The notes below the pieces were generated by a model, which worked only from the letters and a program-made list of their open reading frames with translations, ran no database searches and was not told the origin of the DNA. This document shows, piece by piece, positions 9,403-19,056 of a DNA stretch of 64,000 nucleotides; the first letter of the stretch is position 1; each line of letters starts with the position of its first letter. A program made the position numbers and the translations under genes. Source of the stretch: Candidatus Delongbacteria bacterium (GTDB taxonomy: Bacteria; CAIWAD01); NCBI GenBank assembly GCA_963663545.1, contig OY760505.1, positions 416,001 through 480,000 of the forward strand, written 5' to 3'.

Positions 9403-10617
9403 TCAGATGAGGACCGTGTCGTACCACAGGCGGTACTCGCAATCACGGAAAACGCGTGCATGCTTCAGCGGAAGCTGCTCAAAGCCTTGGCTTCCCGAAA
9501 CGGGCGCGTTTTGTGATACGTAGCGTCGGTGAAGCACCTGGCGTCCTTCTGCGTTATAGAAGCTCTCGGCGGGTGACCCATCCTGCCAGGACCACCAGAC
9601 CGCCAGACAGCGCCCCCAGTTTGTGTCACCGATGCGCAGGTCCACTACACGTGCCGCGTACTCCGCGTGCTCGCCACTGCTGAAGGTTGCACGAAACAGT
9701 CCGTCCTCACCCTGTGGACAGAAGCTGCCGGGGAGCTCTGCGTCCGCCGTGATACGCATCAACCAGCGAAAGCCTTCCTCTGTAGAAGCGATGTAGTCCA
9801 GCACATTCGGCTCGGCGGGTTCGCACTCGCTGTGTTGAATCAGCACTTCCAGGCAGTCATGGCCCAACAGTTGTCGCCTCCCGAGCACTGTGGTGTGCAC
9901 CACTTGAGTCAGAATGCCGTGAGGATAATCGTAGAAGCGGCACTCCTCCTTGTGGCCCTCCTGTAACACACTGCCGAAGTACAAGCCCGGCCCTGCTGCT
10001 CTCACGCTCATGCTCTCTTCGGGCCGTTCGTGCAGAGTGATCTCCGGCACGCGGGCAAGCGCGTCGATGTTTCTTCCCTTTGTGCTCATCTGACTCAACT
10101 CCTCTTTGATGCGCGCACGACTGTCGAACAGTCGCCGCTTGACCGTACCCAGAGGAATGCCCAGTCGTCGAGAAACCTGAGCCTGATCGTGATGCAGTAG
10201 ATAGCTCAGTCGTGCCGTCTCACGCAAAGGCGGTGACAGTGCAGACAGCGAGCGCAGACAGGATTCAAGACGTGTGACACGCAACTCCTCCTCGTCCGCA
10301 TCGGCCACAAGCGTTGTGTCACATTCTTCCGGCAGCAAGGAAAGTCGCGGCGTGCGCGATAGGAAGTTCCGCGCCTTGTTGCGCACAATCTGCTTCAACC
10401 AGGGAGCGAAGCGATAGGGCGGTCGCAGACTGTCAATGCGCTGCAGTGCCGTGACACAAGCCTCCTGGATCAAGTCATCGGCATCGGCAGAAATGCAGCC
10501 GTGAGCCAGCGCCACCGCGCGTGCATCACACCAATGTCGGCCAAACAAGTGTGCGAAAGCTTGTGTATCACCTTTTTGCGCACGTAGTACGAGCTCGCTG
10601 TCGCTGCAGGTGTTCAT
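9403..10617 (-). CDS. ECF sigma-70 factor with long C-terminal extension
   Basis: SDSELVLRAQKGDTQAFAHL, DADDLIQE, FAPWL, LGIPLGTVKRRL, plus about 220 extra residues. Confidence 0.85.
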   Translation of the reverse strand: MNTCSDSELVLRAQKGDTQAFAHLFGRHWCDARAVALAHGCISADADDLIQEACVTALQRIDSLRPPYRFAPWLKQIVRNKARNFLSRTPRLSLLPEECDTTLVADADEEELRVTRLESCLRSLSALSPPLRETARLSYLLHHDQAQVSRRLGIPLGTVKRRLFDSRARIKEELSQMSTKGRNIDALARVPEITLHERPEESMSVRAAGPGLYFGSVLQEGHKEECRFYDYPHGILTQVVHTTVLGRRQLLGHDCLEVLIQHSECEPAEPNVLDYIASTEEGFRWLMRITADAELPGSFCPQGEDGLFRATFSSGEHAEYAARVVDLRIGDTNWGRCLAVWWSWQDGSPAESFYNAEGRQVLHRRYVSQNAPVSGSQGFEQLPLKHARVFRDCEYRLWYDTVLI

Positions 10618-10731
10618 GGTCCCTTTCCCTTTGGCATTCCAAGAGCGTAACACAAAGGGCGGGCAAAGGTTCGGCTGATGGAAGCGGAATTCCGCGCATT
10701 TTGGACATCCGCTCCGTGCGTGTAGAGAGGA

Positions 10732-12081
10732 CTATTCCGCAACGATGTGCTGTGCCAGCTCCAAGGCATAGACCAGATCCTGCTCGTCCAGCCGGAAGGA
10801 CGTGCCACCGGCATTCAGCGGATCCCTCACGGGCTCGCGGCTTCCGCCCTGATCCAGGCAATCGCGGCCTACAGAATAGACCAGCTGCTGCTCCGGCAGA
10901 TAGCGCAGCACGGCTCCATCAAATGGATCACGCGGGACAGCGGCCATGTAGGCGGGAACCAGCTCCTCAAGCGTCTGCGGCACGCTGTCATGGTCGAGCT
11001 GATAGCGCAGAAGTGCCAGATTCAGACGACGTGCATCACGTGCCACTCGCTCAGCCTTCACAACAAACAGCGGTAGCACTCGAGTGTGACTATTGTAGGC
11101 CAACTCGCGACCAGCCCCATTGGGTAACAACAGGGTGGCGAAAATGCCGGGGTCTTTGAAATACCCCGTCTCGACCCACTCCGTCACGGGCTGCTCGCAA
11201 CGAGCGACCAGCTGGGCAAAGGAATCACGCACGAGTAGCCGACTCAGCTTGGGCATGTAACTCCAGCGGGTCCAGGCTCGGATGAACCAGTTCGTCGGAG
11301 GATCGAGTTCATCCCCACCGGGCCAGGCTTCCTCAGCGGTGATACGTCCGAGGATCACGTCCTGCATCAACTCCCTGGAAGCCAAACCATACTGACACTC
11401 TCCCCAGAGCGCGCGCTGCAGCGCTTCAGGCTGCGCGCCCTGTGCCAGCAAGTGCTGCAGCTCCGCAAGCTGACTCGCAGTAAGCAGATCCGCCTGCAGC
11501 AGGTCCTCGATCTGCTTGTCCGTGATAGCGTAGGCGATCACACCAAGGAGGTAGCTGAGGTAGTTGTTTGCATCGTTCTCGATTCTGTTCGCCAGAGTCA
11601 GCGCGGCCTTGAAATGCGCGCAGGCTGTATCACCATCCTCCTGCCGCAACGCCTGTTGCATGGCTAGCATGCGCCAGCGCACGAGGCGGATGTGGGGCAT
11701 CATGTTGGGCCGCTCGTCCTGCGGGCCCTTCATCAGCGGTGCCTGGCAGTGTGGCAGTTTGCAGATGCTATCCATGGCGGCACACAGTGGCTCCTTGTCC
11801 TGCAGCAGTTCGGCCACAAAGCCCGCGTCCCACTCTTCGCCCTGGTCGTGACGCATGAAGCGCGCCGAGAGCGAACTGTCCGCGTCCAGCTCACGGTCGA
11901 ACTCCTGCCCCAATGCTTGCAATGCAGCAAAGGCGTTTTCTGCATCGGCCACCTGAAGCGGCTTGGGCAGTTCAACGAGCTCCTGCTTCCGCTCCCGCTG
12001 CAGCGCCCACTGATAGGCCAGCACCAGCAGCAGCAACACCGCAAGGATTCCGACTAGCCAATTGCGTAATGTGTGATACAT
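10732..12081 (-). CDS. Membrane-anchored hypothetical protein with GspG-like C-terminal motif
   Basis: N-terminal TM helix; C-terminal PQTLEELVPAY..VPRDPFDG..LRY...YSVGRD. Confidence 0.6.
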   Translation of the reverse strand: MYHTLRNWLVGILAVLLLLVLAYQWALQRERKQELVELPKPLQVADAENAFAALQALGQEFDRELDADSSLSARFMRHDQGEEWDAGFVAELLQDKEPLCAAMDSICKLPHCQAPLMKGPQDERPNMMPHIRLVRWRMLAMQQALRQEDGDTACAHFKAALTLANRIENDANNYLSYLLGVIAYAITDKQIEDLLQADLLTASQLAELQHLLAQGAQPEALQRALWGECQYGLASRELMQDVILGRITAEEAWPGGDELDPPTNWFIRAWTRWSYMPKLSRLLVRDSFAQLVARCEQPVTEWVETGYFKDPGIFATLLLPNGAGRELAYNSHTRVLPLFVVKAERVARDARRLNLALLRYQLDHDSVPQTLEELVPAYMAAVPRDPFDGAVLRYLPEQQLVYSVGRDCLDQGGSREPVRDPLNAGGTSFRLDEQDLVYALELAQHIVAE

Positions 12082-12163
12082 GAATCCTCCCCCTCTTTCT
12101 GTGTGCCTTTCCTCCTCGCGCATCAATGAGAAAAGTACGTAATCCTGAAGCGCAGGGCCAGGA

Positions 12164-12724
12164 CTATTCTGCGCTGTTCGAAGGCCGCTTCCGCGACCCC
12201 GCCCAGTTCACGCCCAGGTCACATGTGTTACGCAGACGATCCGCGATTTGCGCGGCGTGGTGCTGGATGTGCCTGATGTTGACGAGCTGGTGCTCCAGCT
12301 TGGGGATTGGGTACCAGAAAAAGCCGCTCTCGCTGCTGGCCAGGTCCATGTCGTTTACGCGCTCGTCCACCCTTGTATCACAGAATTCGCAGTAGGCGAG
12401 CACTTGTTCACGAGTGTAGGGCGTAGGCATGTGCGGCAGCTCGCTATTCGGGTCGGGCGGGCCGGGAATGCCGTCGGGATTCTGCACCTGCGCCTGGTGT
12501 TCGACCCAGGGCACAAAATCATCGGGCGTATCCATCATGTAGAAGTGAGTGTAAAACAGCACGTGATACGCGTGTTGCCAGCAGGCGTTCCGCGGTGTGG
12601 CGTCCAGCCAAAGCTCGTCCGGGCAGAGTTCCACAGCCTCGCGCAGCATGGCGAGGGCGGCGTGATACTGCCGTTTGAGGGAATCGCGGACTAGGTTGAG
12701 ATCGAGTGTGGGGTGAGATGACAT
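12164..12724 (-). CDS. DinB-family protein
   Basis: WQHAYH...NIRHIQHH metal-binding histidines of the DinB four-helix fold. Confidence 0.8.
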   Translation of the reverse strand: MSSHPTLDLNLVRDSLKRQYHAALAMLREAVELCPDELWLDATPRNACWQHAYHVLFYTHFYMMDTPDDFVPWVEHQAQVQNPDGIPGPPDPNSELPHMPTPYTREQVLAYCEFCDTRVDERVNDMDLASSESGFFWYPIPKLEHQLVNIRHIQHHAAQIADRLRNTCDLGVNWAGSRKRPSNSAE

Positions 12725-12799
12725 GGGAACTCCAGTGGCCGGTTAGCTAGGACTTTTGGCAAGCTCGAGCCTGTTTCGCCTGCCATCTTCTAGTGAGAA

Positions 12800-13093
12800 C
12801 TAGTGCAGAACGCTCGAGAGATCCTGAGCAGAGCTGAGAATGCGGACGACTTGAACTGGATTGCAATCGTCAAGATAGACAATCAGGTATGAGTAGACCG
12901 TGTAGAAGCGAACAGGCTTAGTTGTCAGGTCGCTGCGAAAGTGGCCGGCCCCGGGGTTCTCAGCAATCAGTTCGAATGCTTCCTGGATCCGCTCCATGAC
13001 TCGCAGAGCGGCATCCACGCTATCCTGGGCAATGTAATCCAGGATAGTATCCAGATCGTTGCGCGCTATGCTAGTTAGCTTGTAGCTAGCCAT
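12800..13093 (-). CDS. ParE/RelE-family toxin
   Basis: YKLTSIARNDLDTILDYIA...NPGAGHFRSDL...YLIVY...VVRIL; overlaps the antitoxin gene. Confidence 0.9.
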   Translation of the reverse strand: MASYKLTSIARNDLDTILDYIAQDSVDAALRVMERIQEAFELIAENPGAGHFRSDLTTKPVRFYTVYSYLIVYLDDCNPVQVVRILSSAQDLSSVLH

Positions 13094-13352
13094 TCCGATT
13101 TGCCCGCTCTCGCAGAGCGTTGCGGAGCTCCTCTAAAACGGCCTCTCCATCCACCAATTCACCCCGCTCAGCCTCCTGGATGCCGAGCTCGATGTCACCA
13201 CGAAGTGCCAACAGTTTCGCTTCCAGCAATCTCTCGCGCTCCTTCAGCAAGCGCAGACCCGCGCGAACGACTTCGCTGGCGGAGGCGTAATCGCCCGTGG
13301 CAATCTTCTGCTGCACATAGTTCTCGAAGTCTTTGCCAACTGACACGTTCAT
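13086..13352 (-). CDS. ParD-family (CC2985-type) antitoxin
   Basis: MNVSV...GDYASASEVVRAGLRLL. Confidence 0.9.
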   Translation of the reverse strand: MNVSVGKDFENYVQQKIATGDYASASEVVRAGLRLLKERERLLEAKLLALRGDIELGIQEAERGELVDGEAVLEELRNALRERANRNG

Positions 13353-13470
13353 TTGTGGACCTTTCCCGTTTTTGCAGACTGCACGGAAGGAGGGAAAAGG
13401 AATTGGGAATGTCAATAATTGACATCACTACTCGTACTCCGTCGGATTCCTGACTAAGTAGTGGACTGTG

Positions 13471-13983
13471 TCACGACTTCCCAAGCCGCTCGTGCAGCGC
13501 TTCCGAAGGACTCCTCCAATCAATGCTCTTCCAGATTTCCCGGTTGCTGTCGCGAATGATGGCTGACAGATCGCAGTACTGAAGCCCGCCTGCAACCTCG
13601 ATGCGGTCCCTGTATTGCAGCAGGATCTCATTCATGCTGCCCAGTACGCTGCGGCTCACTGTTTTGGTGAACTCGTAGTCGAGGTACTCCTCCACGATGC
13701 CCTGGATTTTCTCCCACTCGTAGCCCTCAAGTTGAAGCAGCTGCGCCAGCCCCTTGAGGAAGGCCTCGTGAATGTGCGGCGTATGGGTTTTCCTGACGCC
13801 GAAGAAGGCGAAGGAGGCTAATGTGCGCTCATTCACGAAGAGCAGGGCCTTCCTTCTCTCGATGTAAAACAGGTGGAGGTACCAATCTCCCAGGGTACTC
13901 GTGGACTCCCGCACCTCGCTCAGATCGGCGGGCTTCAGGCCTAGCTGGTCCTGAACTTTCTTGGTGCATCGTAGCTGCAGCAT
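13471..13983 (-). CDS. DUF6933-like hypothetical protein
   Basis: LRCTKK...LGDWY...RRKALLFVNERT...TKT..RSVLGSMNE pattern. Confidence 0.6.
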   Translation of the reverse strand: MLQLRCTKKVQDQLGLKPADLSEVRESTSTLGDWYLHLFYIERRKALLFVNERTLASFAFFGVRKTHTPHIHEAFLKGLAQLLQLEGYEWEKIQGIVEEYLDYEFTKTVSRSVLGSMNEILLQYRDRIEVAGGLQYCDLSAIIRDSNREIWKSIDWRSPSEALHERLGKS

Positions 13984-13992
13984 GGGCTCTCC

Positions 13993-14970
13993 TTATGCGA
14001 TGGTAGTGGCCACATCCTTGAAGCGATACACCGTTGTTCGCTTGTCGCCGAACTTCTCCACCCACTCGCGCTGCACGGCGAAACTCAGATCGCGGCTGGC
14101 TGTGGCAGCCGAAATCTGGCGATTGGCACGTAGGTAGTCCTGTCGGGTGAAAGCCTGATCCCCGATCTGCTCCCTGAACCTGTGCAGTCGATCCTCTTGC
14201 GTCAGTGAGACATTACCCGCGGAAAGCAACTCCTCCAGGGACTCATCGATGTTGCGCAACATGAATTCGATGAAGGCCGTGGAGTCCCCCGCTTGATCGG
14301 AACTCTCCAGGACTGCGTAGTACTCCTGCTGCCGCTGCTTCACCAGGACCTCGACGGGCAGATACTCGAACACAGGAGAATGCTGCGCCAGAATGCAGGT
14401 CTGCCACAAACGCCCCATCCGACCATTGCCATCCAGGAAAGGATGGATGAACTCAAACTCGTAGTGGAAGACGCAGCTCTTGATGAGCAGCAGCTCCTCA
14501 TCCCTAGCGAGATAGCTAAAGAGCTCGTCCATCAAGGTCGGCACACGCAGTGCCGGCGGGGCAAGGTGCGAGACGTGGTCCCCCTTCATAATGCCCACCT
14601 GAGAAGTACGAAAGCGCCCGGGATTGTCCACTAAACCCGCCATCAGCAGGCCATGTGCCTCGCACAGAGCGTCGGAAGCAAAGGGGTCGAATTCCCTAAG
14701 ACGATCGTAGACGGCGATGGCATTACGCACTTCAAGGATGTCTTTCTGCGGCCCCAGTACAGGCCTGTTCTCCAGCAGGGCCGTAATCTGCTCCTCCGTC
14801 AAGGTGTTGCCTTCGATCTCGAGGGAGGAGTGGATGGTTTTGATCTTGTTGCGGCGCCGCAATTCCGTGGGGGGACGATCCAGGTTGGCGGTACTAAGCT
14901 GGCCGATCTTCCCGGAAATGGAGGCGACCAGGGCCAGGATCGTCGAAGTAATCTGATAGGGCGGTTTCAT
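13993..14970 (-). CDS. Fic-family protein with C-terminal HTH
   Basis: SSLEIEGN inhibitory motif, HPFLDGNGRMGR Fic motif, ISAATASRDL HTH. Alternative start at 15006. Confidence 0.92.
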   Translation of the reverse strand: MKPPYQITSTILALVASISGKIGQLSTANLDRPPTELRRRNKIKTIHSSLEIEGNTLTEEQITALLENRPVLGPQKDILEVRNAIAVYDRLREFDPFASDALCEAHGLLMAGLVDNPGRFRTSQVGIMKGDHVSHLAPPALRVPTLMDELFSYLARDEELLLIKSCVFHYEFEFIHPFLDGNGRMGRLWQTCILAQHSPVFEYLPVEVLVKQRQQEYYAVLESSDQAGDSTAFIEFMLRNIDESLEELLSAGNVSLTQEDRLHRFREQIGDQAFTRQDYLRANRQISAATASRDLSFAVQREWVEKFGDKRTTVYRFKDVATTIA

Positions 14971-15107
14971 TGGCTGCACCGTGATAGTATCATTTGATAC
15001 TATCATAGCAAAGATCAAGCGGAGGTACAGGAGTTTTCGCGGCACCTGAATTGGAAGACTGGAGAGGCGCCGGTGCAATGGAAATGAAAGACTTACCCAA
15101 GCAGGTT

Positions 15108-15260
15108 CTACTCGTCAACGCCTGCATACTGGCGCTGTTGCCAGACACCGACGATCCAGATCGTATCTCCTTTCCGTCTGTAGAAGATGCGGTGCTCGTG
15201 CTCGACAGAACACACCCTGCGTTTTGTCTTGCCTCCTGGTAGCACATATGTGTCACTCAC
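15108..15260 (-). pseudogene. Possible C-terminal relic of a ParE/RelE toxin
   Basis: EHRIFYRRKGDTIWIVGVWQQRQ resembles a ParE C-terminus; no convincing N-terminus. Confidence 0.4.
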
Positions 15261-15275
15261 ACCCGGAGGTGCATC

Positions 15276-15503
15276 ATGGTCAAGGAAGTCGCAGCACGAA
15301 AAGTCGGTGGATCCATTGGCACAACGCTGCCAAAGGACATGGCGGAACGCCTTCATATTGAGCCCGGTGATCGGCTGTTCGCCATAGAAACACCAGATGG
15401 CATTCTGCTTACGCCCTTTGATCCCGTTGCAAGAGAAGCTCTGGCAATTGCTGCCGATCTTGCAAAGCGTTATCGAAATGCGCTAGGCGAGCTAGCCAAG
15501 TGA
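15276..15503 (+). CDS. AbrB/MazE-family antitoxin
   Basis: RKVGGSIGTTLPK...GDRLFAIETPDGILLTPFDP; directly upstream of doc. Confidence 0.88.
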   Translation: MVKEVAARKVGGSIGTTLPKDMAERLHIEPGDRLFAIETPDGILLTPFDPVAREALAIAADLAKRYRNALGELAK

Positions 15504-15510
15504 ACGCGTA

Positions 15511-15909
15511 ATGAGCGAGCCAAACTGGATTCCACGCTACATTGTGGAAGCGATTCACCTGGACCAGATTCGCGAACATGGTGGCTTGCCGGGCCTCCGC
15601 GACAAGGCCTTGCTTGAGTCGGCACTAGCGAGACACGGGAACAGGTTCAACTAGGACACCCACTGCGGCATGCATGAGCTAGCTGCCGCCTACTGTTTTG
15701 GCCTCATTCAGAATCACCCCTTTACCGATGGCAACAAGCGCCTCGGCTTTCTCGTCATGGCTGTTGTTCTGGAGCTGAATGGCATCCGTTTTCATGCGAC
15801 GGAAGAGAGCACGACGCTTACCATCCTTGCGCTTGCCGCCGGGGAGCTTGATGAGTCGGAGCTCGCCGACTGGATCCGGCTAAACTCAAGCTGTGCCACG
15901 TCCGACTAA
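15511..15909 (+). pseudogene. doc: Doc (death-on-curing) toxin with in-frame amber stop
   Basis: MSEPNWI...IREHGGLPGLRDKALLESALAR...RFN*DTHCGMHELAAAY...NHPFTDGNKR. TAG at 15652-15654 is in frame. Confidence 0.85.
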
Positions 15910-15963
15910 GGCCGAAACTCCTGCCTTCTCGCCGCAGCCTTGCCCTCCGCGGGTGCGCGGCTT

Positions 15964-16310
15964 CTACACACTACAACATACCACCACACGTGTACCCTTG
16001 CCAGCGGTACCAAAGCTCAACCTCTGCCAGCCCTTCATCAGCTGCTCAATCTCCTCTTCCCGGTATCTGCGAAAGAGCATGTCGCGCTGATCGCCGCGCA
16101 CCAAGACAGGGTGCCATCCTCCAGTACCTCAGCCTCGTTCAGCCGATCCTCATCCGTATCCACCGGATCAAAGGTCAGCAGCAGAGCTCCGCCGGGCGGC
16201 AAGTGCTGCTTGCAGAAGGCCGGCAGTATGTGAGCGGGAGTGGGGCGGGAGTAGTCGCTGGTGGTGGGGTCAAGGTTCTGGTAGTAGTGGCTCCAGTAGG
16301 GGTTGGGGGC
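15964..16310 (-). pseudogene. Degenerate methyltransferase-like gene relic
   Basis: Manual translation: PNPYWSHYYQNLD...HLPPGGALLLTFD...EDGTL, frameshift, then RGDQRDMLFRRYREEEIEQLMKGW. No start codon and no SAM-binding core. Confidence 0.35.
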
Positions 16311-16342
16311 CTCCTAGTATCCGGGTGTCTCATCAACTACAA

Positions 16343-16918
16343 TCACGACCTACTACCTGCCGAGCGAATCTGGGTGCGCAGCAGGTTGAATGCGGTGGGT
16401 TGCGTATCGGAATTGACAACACCTCGTATCACCGATACGCACTCCTCAACGCTCATCTGCGAAGTGTCGACCTCAACATCATAGTTCTTGTTGGCGTACA
16501 CGCGATCGTACTGATAGCGAGCCGTACCGATCTGTCGGTCGCCACGCTCCTTCTCCCGGGCTTCGAGCACGTCCAGCGGACAGCACACACCGACGAACAC
16601 AACCCGCAGACCGTCAAAGGCCTCCACGAAGGGCGCCACCCACGACGGCTCCTGCAGCACATGGTCGACGATCACATTGTTGCCTGCGCGAGCGATGGCA
16701 GCGGTTGAGGCATTGAAACCCGCCAACAGCGTTGGAAATGCTTCTGAAAGGTAGGCGCGGTCTGCGAGATAGGTGTCGGAAAGCTGGTGCAGGAAAGCAT
16801 CCACAGTAACATGCAAGTAGGCCTGGCCGAGGGACTCCTGGAGCCCCCTGGCGAGGGTGCTCTTGCCGGAACTGGAGGTTCCGTTGAGGAAGATCACTTT
16901 GCCGTGCGACTTGTTCAT
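16343..16918 (-). CDS. Chloramphenicol phosphotransferase (CPT)-like P-loop kinase
   Basis: VIFLNGTSSSGKST, GNNVIVDHV, REKERGDR, YDVEVDTS. Confidence 0.88.
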   Translation of the reverse strand: MNKSHGKVIFLNGTSSSGKSTLARGLQESLGQAYLHVTVDAFLHQLSDTYLADRAYLSEAFPTLLAGFNASTAAIARAGNNVIVDHVLQEPSWVAPFVEAFDGLRVVFVGVCCPLDVLEAREKERGDRQIGTARYQYDRVYANKNYDVEVDTSQMSVEECVSVIRGVVNSDTQPTAFNLLRTQIRSAGSRS

Positions 16919-17080
16919 GTGTGCTTCTTCTCCTGTGAAGGGTCAAGGCTCCTTAGTTCGGGGCGAGGTGTGGAGCGGCGTTTGCGTCAGTCTTCATCAC
17001 TGCAAGAACTCGCGGCTCGTAAATGGCGCCTGTTGTCTAGCGGCAGGCTGGCACTGCTGTGGGGCCGGAGCAAGCATGTG

Positions 17081-18889
17081 TTAGGAGCTGGATACTTCGT
17101 TCAAACCCCTTAAGCCCTTGGCAACTGCAAACATGCACGTCACAACACTATCTATCATCTGAAGACCTTGAGAAATGAGTGACTGTCTTCTGTCAATCGA
17201 TAGCAAAGCGAACGCATCATCAAAATTCTCACTTGGAAGGTGTGAATCTGCGTGTCTCAGGTTATATATACCGTGCAATGGAGCTAGGTTCTTCTTCACG
17301 ATATCTGGATTATATCGAGCAGAGAAGACGGAATCTAAGAGCTTCAGCGAGCCCCACTTACCGTTTGCTCGGTTTGCCAAATACTGTCTCAACAGTTGCG
17401 TGTCAAATGTCTCGATAGTGAACCGAGTCAAGTCTTTCGCCAGAGCTAGAAGGCCAGCATCGCTTGTAACTCTGAACCTGTGGATACACTTGCCGAGTAT
17501 TTTCAAATAGTCGTGATCTGCACACAGTTTGAAGCCGAGAGCTAATGAGGAAAAGTGATTCACTGCTTCTCGGGAATCAAAGATGAACATTTCTGGCGCT
17601 TCAGATTTAGCCGGTTCGGCATCCACCTGAGACATCAGCAGTTCATGAGAAACCTTACCATCTGGCGGGATGTTTTGTGCTGCCCAAAGCCGGAGCTCCC
17701 ATTCCTCTAGAAAGGCTAGATCTTTCGCATAAACCGTAATCAGGCTACGATCATTAACTCCAAAATGGACACTCAATCCGTAGCTACTGGCAATTCTCCC
17801 AGTGTGCCGTGTGCAGAACTCAAGAGATGAATCCCTTTGTTGAAGCATGCTGTTAATGACTTCAGGGTTAAACCAAAGCCATCTGCTTGCTTTTCTTAAT
17901 TCACCAGCTTGAATCCGTCTACCATTTGGATCTATGGTAAAAGAAACAGTTGACTCTATTTTGTCACCACGCACTCTTGGACTTGTATCACCAGGTGGAA
18001 TCCATTCATTGCGCTTGAGCTCCCCACTAATGTAATACAGCCTTACACCTGAGAATTCCTTCTCCCAACTTTCACTTCGTGTATTCGCTTCTGAAGGCAT
18101 TGAATCGAGATCTGGAACATCATCCTCCTTATCCAGATCAGTCCGTGCAATGTGAATCACGGCAACCTTCTCGCCAAATGGCATGCCCCCCGCGTGAATC
18201 GAAGCAATCCGTCCATTCCAGGACTCATCAGATTTGGTCCAATTTGATTCCCCGTCTACCCAATCGAATTCAACGAGTGAATCAACAATCTGGTCTCTCT
18301 TGAAAAAGCAAGTGAGATACAAACCCATACCTCTTGCACAAAGGTAATCACGAAGATACTCTGCTTTCATCTCCAACAGAGTAGGCTTCCCATTAAGTGC
18401 ATACTCGATTCTAGCAACTTCTGCATAGTTATCTTCAGGGCGGAGCCAAAGATTACCTTCTCGAATCAAATGAAGTGTAAGTATGATATCCTGATTCAGG
18501 TGCCATATCTCAGGAAGTTTACAATGGGAATCTTGATCAAGGACAAGATTGAGACCCTCAGAATCTGACGCATATCTGGTGTAGCGTTCTGCTGGCGAGT
18601 ATAGATTGTCATCGACATACCCGCTATGAACTCCAGAGAGTCCAATATCATGCCATTCAAGTTTACGTGCTAAGCGCTCTTGATCAACAGGGAAAGCAAC
18701 TGATCCAACAGCATAGTAGTCATCTACATACCCATTCCTCCCACTCTCACCTTCCGTTCTTAGGGACTTACTAGCACGCAAAGGAATCCAAACGGATTTC
18801 GCAAATCGTCTATGCTTGGAATCCTTGAATTCAAACCAGTCCTGCTGATAATGATCCACAACAGCCTCCAATGTCGGCTCCTGCTGCAT
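17081..18889 (-). CDS. AT-rich hypothetical protein with C-terminal HEPN-like RxxxxH motif
   Basis: 602-aa ORF with atypical composition; helical C-terminus contains YNLRHADSH. Confidence 0.6.
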   Translation of the reverse strand: MQQEPTLEAVVDHYQQDWFEFKDSKHRRFAKSVWIPLRASKSLRTEGESGRNGYVDDYYAVGSVAFPVDQERLARKLEWHDIGLSGVHSGYVDDNLYSPAERYTRYASDSEGLNLVLDQDSHCKLPEIWHLNQDIILTLHLIREGNLWLRPEDNYAEVARIEYALNGKPTLLEMKAEYLRDYLCARGMGLYLTCFFKRDQIVDSLVEFDWVDGESNWTKSDESWNGRIASIHAGGMPFGEKVAVIHIARTDLDKEDDVPDLDSMPSEANTRSESWEKEFSGVRLYYISGELKRNEWIPPGDTSPRVRGDKIESTVSFTIDPNGRRIQAGELRKASRWLWFNPEVINSMLQQRDSSLEFCTRHTGRIASSYGLSVHFGVNDRSLITVYAKDLAFLEEWELRLWAAQNIPPDGKVSHELLMSQVDAEPAKSEAPEMFIFDSREAVNHFSSLALGFKLCADHDYLKILGKCIHRFRVTSDAGLLALAKDLTRFTIETFDTQLLRQYLANRANGKWGSLKLLDSVFSARYNPDIVKKNLAPLHGIYNLRHADSHLPSENFDDAFALLSIDRRQSLISQGLQMIDSVVTCMFAVAKGLRGLNEVSSS

Positions 18890-19056
18890 GCGAGCTAGTG
18901 GCTGCCGACTTGTTTAGACGGTCAGGCGACGGTACGTCGCTAAATCTGAGGGTTCATGGGACGAACCGGTCTACTACATTGTGGCCGAAGGCCCAATGCT
19001 CTGATTTGTGGCCCTGCAAGCGACGTGACACTGGGCGGGACAATTGAAAGTGATTG

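Noticed and set aside
15652..15654. Amber recoding or pyrrolysine in doc
   Set aside because: TAG is the normal stop of many genes here (ettA, glgC, ftcD), and no pyl genes are present in the window.
16343..16918. True chloramphenicol-resistance gene
   Set aside because: Only family-level CPT similarity is visible; the substrate cannot be inferred.
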